Positions 1 through 11,592 of a DNA stretch of 64,000 nt are shown here, in pieces. The position numbers were made by a program, and so were the translations under genes. The stretch is from Cirrosporium novae-zelandiae (taxonomy: Eukaryota). The number at the start of each line of letters is the position of its first letter. The first letter of the stretch is position 1. Where the stretch lies: the NCBI GenBank assembly GCA_026023565.1, contig JAPETS010000011.1:620001-684000 (forward strand), written 5' to 3'. The notes under the pieces were generated by a model that was given only the letters and a program-made list of their open reading frames with translations, ran no database searches and was not told the DNA's origin.

Positions 1-330
1 TCGTCAGATTAACCTTCTCCATGAGTGTAAGATTACTGACAAAAGCTTTCGCTCTCTCATAAGCAGCACTCCAGTCTCCAAGTCCCTCGCCCCATGGCGA
101 AGGATATTTTGGCGGAGAAGTCTGGTTCGCTTTGGTACCGGCGATGGTCTCGGGGTTAGAAGAAACGGCGTCTGGGTAGGTAGAGATGTTGACACCCTGC
201 AAGCCAGTTAGAATAAGCCAGTCAGTCTTATGAGGAGATGTGAATGACTGACAGATGGTGATCCAGTTGGCGACTGACCGTTCGTGAGGCCCGCGGCCAA
301 CAGGGCAACGATTGAAAGTGTGAGCCTCAT
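1..330 (-). CDS. Secreted GH3 beta-glucosidase, 5' end only (continues beyond window start)
   Basis: Manual translation, not in the ORF track. Exon 330-253 encodes signal-peptide-like [18 protein letters not shown]. Intron 252-197 (GTCAGT...CTAAC...GCAG). Exon 196-1 encodes ...[39 protein letters not shown], the typical fungal GH3 N-terminus. Confidence 0.9.
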
Positions 331-804
331 GTTTAAGATCGTATGAAGGAATAGTGAGTGAACTGAGGAAAAAGCTGATCAAGCTTAAACGAAGGGTGTC
401 CTGGGGGACATTTAAGAAGGATATTCTGCTGGAGCAGATACCATGTATGGAAACAACAGGATAAGAATACACGGCTCTCGGATCCTGTGAAAATCAATAA
501 AGCGATAGAAGTTCCAAGAGATGGCTTGGATGTGGGGATTTTGGGTAAAGAAATTTAGAAATTGGACGGAAGATTTGTTTTGTAGCAATGCCCAGATAGG
601 TACATTAGCTAGGAGCGCAACTAAACAGGGAATAGCATGCAAGGTTGGTAAGGTGGTCAAGGCAAGGCACGGATGAACAGAAGGGACGGGAAGGTAGAAG
701 ATGCATGATGAGATGATCATGGCCGACAAGGAAACTGGTTATAATCAGAACATCTTACGAAAAATGGTTGTAGGTCAAAGGGGTTCTCTCGCACTTGGAC
801 TGAT

Positions 805-912
805 GTTAGTGGACATTTGTTAGTAGACATTTGTTAGTGGACATTTGTTCGAGACATTTGTTAGGGACATTTGCTAGGGACATTTGTTAAGGACATTTGT
901 TAGTGACATTGT
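805..912. repeat. Minisatellite, about 8 copies of a 13-14 bp unit (consensus GGACATTTGTTAG[T])
   Basis: Read directly: ggacatttgttagt agacatttgttagt ggacatttgttcg agacatttgttag ggacatttgctag ggacatttgttaa ggacatttgttagt gacattgt. Confidence 0.9.
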
Positions 913-2166
913 CTACGAGTATTGTTTCGCACAATCCACAATCCCCGCAACCGATCGACCAACACATTGGTTTCCTAGCACACCGTAGATTTATCACTGG
1001 AGCATAATTTTATGAAGCAAAAGACACTTGACCAAATTGGAGTAATTCCTCTACACATGATCAATTGAAAATAGAAAGCGAGACATTTTTTTGTGGATAA
1101 ACGTGGGTTGACCGTTGCCTGGGAATCCAAGGGAGGGGGACCCAAAGGGAAGCGAGAGAAACAAAGACGTCATAATCAGATTTCGACCTTTTCAAACCAG
1201 ACACACAGTCAAACCAGACACACAGAAACATTCCCCCAATCCGAACTCCGGTTTTCTCCACTCTCCCCTCCATTCCCTCCATTCCCTCCACAACCATTCT
1301 AACCATTCTAACCATTTTAACCATTTTAACCCCTTCATTTTACGCTTATTCTTGGTATAGTCAAACGATCGACCATCTTAATCTCAAATGTCCATTCTTA
1401 TTTCAATTTCTGATTATTCAACTCCTTAATTTCCTTTTCGTCGTCACAAGTATAATAAAGTATTCGAATATTTTCATCTGGCCATCCTGAAAGTTCAACC
1501 ATTCGCACTATTTTCTGGCTAAATGTCGGATCGACACCATAAATAAATTGTGCTGACTGGTTACTCTTCAACCCTCCCCGCCCTTTGACTAACCTGATAA
1601 GTAACGGAAGGATCCATTTAAACATGGAGAACTTGAACATATCAAAGTGCCAGAAGACCGATTACATCCAAACCCTCGACTTTGTATTTGTTGCTTCCCC
1701 GCATTCAGTGCTACCTCACCCAAGCCACAGTTCCTATCTCTTACACGTACCACAGTACGACTCCATGAAATAAGTACTCGAGTAACAGCTCAAGAAAATC
1801 CACGAGTCATGTCATGTTCCATAGCTAAACTTCTAGATGACTGGTGTGTCATGTCCGATATCGCCAAGGTCTCACTCGCCACCTACTCGAGTACCTCGAA
1901 TTGTGCGGGGAAGACTTGGAATCAATTGGACCGCTAGTGGGGCTCCAGTCTCATCGAGAATTTGAATAGCCATTATTATATTTCCTACTGCTCGACGCCA
2001 AGTCAAGACAATAATGACAATAATATAGAGATAGTAAATTCCTGATGGTACTTTTTATTCCTTTTCCTTCAAGGTCGCATCAATAATCCCAATTCAGCTC
2101 TACTCCAAGATGTGCCAATTCCCTAACACTATCTACTCGGCGTTTCTCAGTCGACTAGTAACCATT

Positions 2167-4398
2167 TCACTCAACCTCGAGACCCTCCATCACCACCACC
2201 CCTTGTCTATCGCCATCAATTTCGCTAGGTACATGAAGTATATCATATACAATACCTGCCTCTTCCACAATGCGTTCAGTAGAACAAGAATCTCCCGGAT
2301 CCGTAATTAATAATTTGAAGATAGCGTCCACTTTGGGGTCCCCGATCAGGTCCGTTAACGTTTTCATTACCAAGTAACTATCTTCTTGACGCTCCGCCGT
2401 TTCATAGATGGACACTGTGTCGATAAAACAAAACACGTTGTAGGTAGACGGGAATTGTCGAATTAGATGCCGAAATATCCTACAAAGGCCATGGAGATGG
2501 TGGTGCTTGAGTTGCTTCTGAAGTCGCTTGTCGATAAAGGATAAATCGAAATCAAGTTCCTGTCGAGACAGAAGTTGAGACAATAGGCTTGTTACCATGC
2601 CAATGGAGTTGGCCCAGCGATCTAATGTGTCACTGTGAAGCCCACAGCAATAGCTTAGTGCGATTGTCGATCTAGCCCTCCCATATAAATGGGCCAATTC
2701 TGCCGAGATGAACGAAGTAGGCGATATGAGTGCCAAGGGGTCGGAATTCCCGTTGATCACCAAAACTCGACGATTTACAGGCTCGATTAGCCAGGTTCGT
2801 AGCTGGTCCAAGTTTGCGATATAAGAAGCCCGATCCTTATCCATATCGTCCATAGTGGCTCCATAACGACGACATTCTTCAATGTCATTGAATGGGACAT
2901 TCAAATCATATTGAAGGTGGGAAATGCACCAATTCGCACCAATGACATGATCTAGAGCGTTTGCATTTGAGATGTAATGCGCGTCTCCTGCGTCCTGTTG
3001 AAGGTCCTGGTCGATAGGAGTATATGGCATTCTGGTAGACCTATTCAGGTTTGGGCTAGAGAGAAGCATTTTGAATAAGCCTTCATATATCATTAACTTT
3101 TCCAGCTTTTGTTCGATTTGAGCCAAAGTGCTCGAGTGGCTTTGTTGTGCTTGGAGGACGAGTTTGACATTCTCATCCATCCTTCGCGATCGACGTTGAT
3201 GGCAGATCTCGGCCTCCTTCTCAATCTGTATGGCAGCCGATTCCACATTTTCGATGCCAAGAACAATTGCTTCCTGGTACTTGTCACCCTGCCAAAGAGC
3301 ACCAGCGAGTCTACCTAGGGCTCTCATTAGAAATAGTCATGGTATACAGGGATATGCTCATTCTGCGCCAGTTGCTTTGAATGTGGTTCAAAAAATGTTA
3401 AGATCGTTATTGTTGTACATGAATGTCTCTCGATAACTCCCTGTTTATCTTCGACAGCAATTTTGGAAGATTAAATTAGAACTAGGTAGTCTTGCTTGAA
3501 TCCTTAGAAGAGAATGTCCTTTTTTTCCTGTTCTACTCTTTATAAAGGTAGTGAGTCGAATGGGAGTACTAGAATTTAAACTTTTGGCAACTTTTGGCAA
3601 CTATTGATAATATTGGTGCAGAATGAGAATTCCCGCCTTGTATTTGTAGTTCCTCACCTGCTGAAGACTCTGAGAGATACACCACAATCTTTTCAAGGGC
3701 ATTCAGAATTGTACTGTAGAGGTGGGCTGATGTCTGGCTGAGACTGTATGCTCTCACATCACCATAGATTAACATGTAGTTTCGCGCTTTGTCAATTGCA
3801 GCTGGAATGGTACAAAGGTTATCGTAAATAGTTTCTCGAACATCGTGCATGCGACCTGCAACACCTAATATCAACTTGAAGGCACCACAAATAGGGCCTC
3901 CGTAATCGCCGCTCGGGAGCAGGTTAATCCATTTACTAAAGACGGCTGAGTATTTCCCGACCTTGTCAAGGCATGACAATATTGCACCGCCGATGCCCTT
4001 ATGTCTCTCCTTTTTATAGTAATCCACGGCTCTGTTGAGCTCATCCAAGGCTTGAGGCCAAGAACACCTTTTCAAGTCCATCGGCTTCATCGAGGGGTCC
4101 TTCTTGACTAGCTTCTTCTGGAGGACTTCCATTGCTTTCAGCAACTTCATCTTGTCTTGAATAGTTGCTTCCCATTGTATCGTACTGTGTTAGATACTGT
4201 CAGGTAGGGCAAAATATCTTTATTTTTGAGGAAATTGTACCATTTACTCTCTTGCTCCTTTGCATCGGTTACCTGTACAAAGGCATCTAGTTCATTCACA
4301 TAGATAATTCCTGAGGGAAGCTGCAGTCGATTCTCGATAAATTCGGCTGGAGGGTTAGTAAGGCGCCGTTGAGGAGGTTGAAATGAAAGATCTTCCAT
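2167..4398 (-). CDS. Fungal STAND/NACHT-like protein (~600 aa): helical N-terminal domain, coiled coil and degenerate P-loop domain, no C-terminal repeats
   Basis: Three ORFs join through introns ~4241-4188 (CTAAC..CAG) and ~3657-3316 (GTGAGG..CTAAT..CTAG). The N-terminal helical region (WINLLPSGDYGGPICGAFKLIL...LYSTILNALEKIVVYL) resembles fungal NLR N-terminal domains. The NTPase-like region has WLIEPVNRRVLVINGNSD...SPTSF at the Walker A position, SYCCGLH, SLLSQLL, Walker B-like VFCFIDTVSIYE, and FKLLIT. Confidence 0.7.
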
Positions 4399-4689
4399 AC
4401 TGTGCGTCTTGGTTAATCGCTGTGAAGCTCATAAAGTGAGAGCAACTTTGGCTTATTAAAAAGTGGCATAGAGGAAAGGCGTACACTAAGAGCGATAGCA
4501 AAGGGACACATTGACAAATGACAAGAGAATGGATGCATGGCTACAAATAAAATCTCTAGGAATAAACCCATCTTCTTCTCAGTCCCTTAAAGGCTGCATC
4601 TGAACCAGAGGTTGCTGGCCCACATATCAAATTAGTGTTGGCTTCGCCCTTCGATCACTATTCGTCTATACTAGGATTTCCCACTTGTG

Positions 4690-5870
4690 AAGTCCGGGCA
4701 TACGAGCTACATGTAGTTAAATTCTATTAGCTAGGTAGTTCCATGAAATGCTCCGAGGAAAGTTAATGCCTAAAGAGTAGCTACGAATAGTATTGGCCGG
4801 AAATATCGATGAAATTTTTCCGCGAGTCTAGCTATCTATAGAATCAACTATTATATAATTAATATTTTAATAATGTAATTGGCTAGATCTCTAATAACTA
4901 ATAACCGCCAAGAATGTCAAGGTATATACTGTTGTATGCATTATCTCGATGTATTCACGTGAATACAGTATGTATGATGTATTATCCTAGATACCGTATT
5001 TAGTTAACACTAGCCACGGGACTATAAGTTGTCAGTTAAAATATAGACAGATAAGATCTTCGTCACAATATGGGGCTTCTCTGAAAATTCTAACATAGAT
5101 GAGTAGTACCACTAACAATAGCTGTATTTAGCCGTGTAATATTCGGCTGTAATAAATGAAAAACTGCTCGATGTAAAACAAAAACGTAGGCTAACGTGTT
5201 TTGACATGATAGATAATAACTCACTCATCCATTAAAAAAACTTGAGAAAGATTAAATAATACGCAGTACAGTATTTTAGATAATACATACCATACATATA
5301 TCTTAGCGTTTATATTAGTTTATTGAATTTAACCAATAGTTCTTTTTTCTTTTGTATTTACTTCTATCCTCATATAATAACACATCACATACAAATAAAT
5401 ATTTTTATTTATTAGCACTTCCATATCTTGAACTTTCATGTATACCAAGCATATATGGTTTGAATGACTACACAAATATACGTACACAAACAAGATGGAT
5501 ACAGTAACATAAATTATGGTGGCCGTAGTGTCGGGTAATACTAGTGAATACCCAACCCTTACGGCCACCATATCATATTTTTTATCCAACAGTATCTGAG
5601 TCTATTTGAACATCAGCCAACCTATCAATGCTCTTAGCGGCTTTCATTATGCAAAGGTTAATAACCAAGTACCCTAAGCCTCTACAGATCCTGTTGGAAT
5701 AATATGCCAAGTGGTTTCTTGAAGACACAATTCTTGCTGGTAACCTCATTCGATACTTAAAGCTCCTATACTTTGAAATGTATCAGAGCAAGGCTTACAA
5801 ATTTGATATAAACCTTTGCCTAGTTCTATGTCGTTACCTTGATATATCAAGAAATAATTTAAAATTTACT
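4690..5870. other. AT-rich, TpA-rich intergenic segment, probably a RIP-degraded relic, between the divergent STAND-like and AAA genes
   Basis: Visibly low GC with many TA dinucleotides and no credible ORF. RIP indices were not computed. Confidence 0.4.
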
Positions 5871-5905
5871 TGTCCTTAGCCATTATCTTCGCTCTCCTAT
5901 CCACA

Positions 5906-8900
5906 ATGAGCGTTGCCGTTGAGTCTGGGGTGGCTCAGGCAGCTGGAGCCAAGGGAAATGAAAAAGATCGACTTTATAACTTAGTGAGCAAGGAAAATGC
6001 TTCTACTGTTTCAGTGACTGATGTTGCATCCGAATTGAATAATTAGTCCGATCCTGCAAAAGATATTGATAAAACATCGGACGACGGTGAGGATCAGCTG
6101 TTAAGGTCGCCGTCAACTTCATCGTTAAAGGTTTCATCAAGGTCGTCATCAAGGTCATCAAGACTGGGACCTCTGCCTGACCGTATTTCCAAAGCCAAAA
6201 GGTGGATTGGGAAAGCAAATGCTTATAACCTGCTTACGGAAGAACGCATTTTAGCTTTGGAGGCAGAAGTTAAGCAACTAAAACGATCGAAACAAGATAG
6301 TAGCACTGATCGTTTAAAACGAGATAGTGGCCGTATTGATTTACAAGAAAGCTACTATAAGGGTGTTATCTCTGAAGCAGAGCCTTTGACTACCGGAAAC
6401 AGCGCGATCCCCATATCTACGTTGACGATTACCCGAATGAATTGGGCGGAGTTTACGCCACTTCCAGATTCCCTTAGGAATAGAGAACACGCCGCAGAGA
6501 TTAGTCTGGAGCCTCGCAGTGTTCTAGAAGTTCTCGTAGAAGACCCCCCTAGAGTGAACTTGGGGCGACACCGAAAACACAGGAGTTCTTTTTTAATTGG
6601 CAAAGTCGAGCCTACCGAAGTCAAACCTCGCACTACTATTTCCCACGATGAAGTCCGATCCTTCCCTGGCTCTGGTAGTATCCCTCGTCGGCTACGGATT
6701 CGCTCCCCGGTACTTATCAGATTTCTAATGGATATTACTGGTTTAGATATGTTTATTACTGACCCAGATGGTGACGACGAAACCTACGAGCGGTCTCTAT
6801 CACAGTTTTGGAAGCACAAGATTGTTATCCTGCGCCCATTCAAGCTGTTTGTCATTTATGAAAATGAGATTCGAGAACATTTTAGAGAACTTGAAGAGAA
6901 ATATCAATTCGAGGATACACAAGAGATAAACGACGTAAAGAACGAAGACGGTTCAGTGACTTCGGACTCTGGTTCAGATGATACAAATTTTGAAGTCCAG
7001 CCATACGATACCGATACCACCTCCTTTAAGGCTTTCCAACATCTTCGTCTATTAATACAGTTCATGGACGAAGACCTGAAACCATTGTTTGATCTCCGAC
7101 GTGGTCTTGCTAATGGCACCACGAAGAAAATTGCATTCGACGACCTTTGGCATCTTTTTGATTATGGTCAAGATGTTCGAACAAAGGAAGGCAAATCGAT
7201 CCAAATGTGAGACATTCCATATCCCCTGGCAGCCCAAGAACTGATTTATATAGATATCGAGTCTTGGAATTCACGGGAGGGCGGACGATTCTATATTTAG
7301 ACACACCAGTGTATTCAGACACACATGCACCCCGTAATCATAGATTGAAGGGTTTAAATGAGTCCCCCTCGGAGGCCTTTATTGTCGAGGCATATTGCCT
7401 TGACTTTGATGGATCTATGTTTGGTCCAAAACAAAAACGGTTCAACATTCCGAGGTACGAAGGATTGAAAGATATCACAGCACTAAGTATCTTCCCCTTG
7501 AGCCATGATCCAACGCAGCGAGAAACGCATAGCACAGCACTTCAGCGAGGAGAGAGGTTTTTGGGCTATTTAAACGAGTCAAAAGTTGCTCATTGTCAAT
7601 ACACGGGGTTGACACTTGACGAACAACCAGAACAGGTAAGTCCTGACCCAACCCAGAGAGTAGCATTCTTATGTAGTATAAACTTTTGCCTATTGGCGCA
7701 GGCCTAGGGTATTATCCTCCAATTCCGGCAAGATTCCAGCAAGATTTCAGCATTTATTCACTACTTTACTGCAAAATCCGTCTTTTCTATCTACACGAAT
7801 TAATATAACACGAAGCTAACAGAAACCAGGTTGACTCCCAAGTCATTATTGATAACCGACTTTCTTTTCTCAAGAACAGTTATTATCAACCTCATATCGG
7901 ACTCGAGAGTCTCGTTAGTCATGATATACGGGAGACTCGACAACCAAGTCCATTGGGTGCCAATTGCCTCTTTGATGGATGTTGTGGGAAGGACTGGATT
8001 TACCGTGATTATCAGCTCGATAATAAAAGAAGGGAAGCCTACATGAACCTGAATTCGGGGCTTCTAGACACATTTGAAAATATTGAGGATATGAGTGACG
8101 ACGAAAAAATCCTCCTGCCGTATCTAACCTATGGTTTTGTACTCCGGACTCGAAAGTGGGCCAAACTTGGGATGGATCTCATTACTAATGTGGATTATGG
8201 GAATTCATGGGAAGAACTCATCATCCCTCCAGAAATTAAAGACAATGTGCTTGCTTTAGTAGAAAATCGCTTAAGTAGTCGAGACCAAGGTAGCCAGGAT
8301 GAGTTACATACTTCCATGGACCTTGTACGTGGCAAGGGAAAGGGATTGATCATACTTCTACATGGCGAGCCAGGTGTGGGTAAAACAAGTACGGCAGAAT
8401 GCGTTGCTGACCATACAAAGCGGCCATTGTTCTCTATCACCTGTGGCGACATTGGGGTTACTGCAAATGCTGTGGAAGAAAACCTTGAAAATAACTTTCA
8501 ACTTGCACATAGATGGGGTTGTGTACTTCTTCTTGATGAAGCTGAGTAAGATACCCGTCAGCTTCTGCTATGATATTTATAATAACTGTTATAGTGTGTT
8601 CCTAGCAAAACGTGACAAGTCGGATTTGCAACGCAATGCGATTGTTTCAGGTATAGTTCCTATTGCCTTTCAAAGACTTTGCTAATATGTTTCCCTTTCT
8701 AGTCTTCTTGAGGACGTTAGAATATTATAGCGTATGTAATTCCGTCCGAAATCTCTAATATGTATACTTATCGGTAAACAGGGGATTCTCTTCTTGACAA
8801 CTAACCGCACTGGAGCTATTGACCCAGCATTCAAGTCTCGCATCCACATTAGTCTCCTATATCCTAGGTTGGACAAGCCCTCCACGGCAACAATTTGGAA

Positions 8901-9524
8901 GAACCACCTGAGGAACATCAAAAAGCAATTCAAAGAGCAGGGCAAGAAGATTGAGATCGACAAGAAGGACATATTAGCATATGCAAGATCGCATCACACA
9001 GAGCTTTCCAAGACCAAGACCGGGCCCTGGAATGGCCGGTATGATATTCTCCTTCGTTAAAGTCATGATTTGCATATAGCCTAACTAACATCCACCCCCC
9101 TAGCCAAATCCGCAACGCCTTCCAAACCGCCATAGCGCTATCGCTATACTCGGCTAAAACCTCCGGCATCGACAGAACCCCCAAGCTAAACCGAGACCAA
9201 TTCATCAAAGTCGCAGAAGCCTCCAAGCACTTTGATGACTACCTGAAATCGGTCCACGGCGGCCGGACAGAAGCCGAGATAGCCAAGCGAGAGCAATGGA
9301 GAGATGATGACAATGGTGGTAGTGGTGGCTCCAACATGATGTCGCAGTTGGCGATGAATGAATTCACGGAGAGGCAGGTTAGGGTTCCGCCATCTCCATC
9401 ACCGATTCCGACTCTGGCGAAGAAGAAGGTTAAGATGCGCAAGGAGGTTGAGCTGGAAAGCGATCATTCGTCGGATGAGGACTCTGATGATGATGATGAT
9501 GATGATGAATCAGACTCTGAATAA
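5906..9524 (+). CDS. Fungal AAA+ ATPase with a long N-terminal extension (multi-exon)
   Basis: ATG at 5906. Probable intron 5984-6046, then introns ~7207-7252, 7636-7829, 8546-8594, ~8652-8702, ~8732-8781 and ~9039-9103. Motifs: KGKGLIILLHGEPGVGKTSTAECVA (Walker A), CVLLLDEADVFL (Walker B), RNAIVSVFLRTLEYYSGILFLTTNR, IDPAFKSRIH (arginine finger), WNGRQIRNAFQTA (sensor 2). Acidic tail ends at TAA 9522-9524. Confidence 0.9.
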
Positions 9525-10820
9525 TAGGGCCCGACGTGGAATTATCCTATCCCTTACATTCCATAAGCATACCCCCCCCCCCCGAACTTAGATAGATATA
9601 ACCTAGGCCTTTCCCATCTTCAGGAGAAAAGCGAAGCGCACCCATATACACATATACACACACGCCTACACATCTATATCCATGCCAAACAATCTCGAAA
9701 ATTACAAACACCCCAACAAATCTTAGAACAACCCTTCCTTCCAACCCTTCCAATTATACTTAATTCAACCCCCCCACCCCTTTTTCACTTCTTATCACAT
9801 AAATCCTAGAGTCTCTCTCACCTTTCCAAGTCCATACCCCAATAAACTAAACCAAACAAATAAATACGTCCATGCCATACCATATAACCCCCGTTTAGAT
9901 TCTATTTAGCTAATCGTAATACCATCTCCCTCCCTCATTTTCCCTCTATATATATAGACTATATAGCTCATACACATACACACATACACACCACTCACAC
10001 GTGTGTTTGTAGTAACCAATCACTGGATTGACTTTTTTAAATAAATAAGTAAATAAATAGAATTTGGTTTGTTGTGATGATGGTGTGATAGTGATGGTGG
10101 TATGTAACTTAGATCGTAGGGGGATGGGGGTGGGGGTGGAGGATGATATGAATAGTATATACCTAGATGTATAGTAACGATTATACTATCATACTATCTA
10201 TCTATATATCCTATATATCACCAAATGAAACGAACGCTCCACCACTCCTCCCCCCTTTTATCCTACCCCTCTCTCCAACCCCCCACCACCCACAATATAA
10301 AAAATTTAAAAAATTCACCACCCATTTCCCCCAAAAGTTTTTTCGTTTTATAAAACCCTTATTCCGCCATATAGATATATCAAGTAAATAAATAAAAAGG
10401 TTTTAGGAACTAAGTCTAAAAAAAAGAAACTAAAGGAAAAGAATCTTGAATTTTTTTTTTAATTAACTCTATTGCTTTGGTTTGGTTTGAAGAACTGGCG
10501 GGGGGGGGGGTTGGGAATTAGATTATATAAGTTGGGAGGTGGGTAGGTAGTACTGGAGTTTTATCACGTAGGGTAGAGGGGGGAGGGGGGGGCGGGTGTC
10601 TAGGAGGAAGTGTATATGTATATACATACGCGTTGCACATCATGTGCGCCCTCTCGCTCAATACAATGAGAGAAACGGCAAATGAATAAATGATAAGTAA
10701 CGAATGAATGATAGCGATAGATAATTAGTCAAGATACGTACGGTAGGTATATAGGTATACGGTATACGGTATACGGCAGTGCTAGGAATTAAGCTCAATA
10801 TCTTAACTCTTAGACTAAAA

Positions 10821-10892
10821 GGACGTGTTTACCCGCTAGTTAAAGCAAGTAACCCTATTTAGCTAATTATATAACCATGTTGCTCCGTAACA
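10821..10892 (+). repeat. Dispersed repeat copy 1, LTR-end-like, ending CCGTAACA
   Basis: Aligns by eye with 27779-27846: GGACRTGKYTACCCGCYAGTTAAAGCRAGTAACCCTATTTAGCTA...CCGTAAYA. Confidence 0.7.
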
Positions 10893-11592
10893 AACAGGTA
10901 GTCTATACGATATACGATATAGAATGTGGTTTAATTGCATGCATGGATATATAAAAATAATTACTGAATACATGGATAATTAGGCGAATTGAGTCGAGTC
11001 GAGGTGACAATGATAATGATATTGATAATATTGTAGGTTAGATAGGTACGTTAAGTAAAAGGTAGTAAGTAAGATATAAAATATGTAGGAGTAGAAAGAT
11101 AAAGATAAAGATAAAAAAAATAAAAAATGAAAAATTAGGGTTTGGGTTTGATCAGATTAGATCGGGTTAGGGATGTTCCAATAGATCTCATCTCGTCTCA
11201 TTCCTCTTCTTCCACCTCTTTCTCCTCTGCTCTTTGCGTCTCTCCCACCACCCCACATCCACATACCTTCTGTCATAGTTCAAGTAAAGAGGCATATATA
11301 TAAATGAAAAAAAAAAAAAAAAGAGTAAAGCATGATTTCTCTTGACTTCGTTCTCGTTCACATCACATTCTCATTCACATTCATATCCAAAGGGAAAAAA
11401 CAAAGCAAAAAAACAAAGCAAAAAAACAAAACAAAAAACAAATAGACACCAGAACAAGTGGAATAATGTACTAAGTTTCCTTTGTTCACAAATGCATCCG
11501 CACCATAGATACAACAACATCGGCGACAACGACCACAAGTATCCAACTTCCAACTTCTTTCTTATACGTTCAGGTATACCAACATCAACAAA

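Noticed and set aside
805..912. Tandem repeat as a CRISPR-like array
   Set aside because: Units are 13-14 bp with no unique spacers, there are no cas genes, and the context is eukaryotic.
1398..1975. Possible small spliced gene or relic on the minus strand (…FIYGVDPTFSQKIVRMVELSGWPDENIRILYY…)
   Set aside because: It looks protein-like, but I could not build a consistent exon chain or recognise a family. Needs BLASTX.
11134..11173. TTAGGG-like motifs as an interstitial telomere
   Set aside because: Only two separated exact units within generally G/T-skewed sequence.
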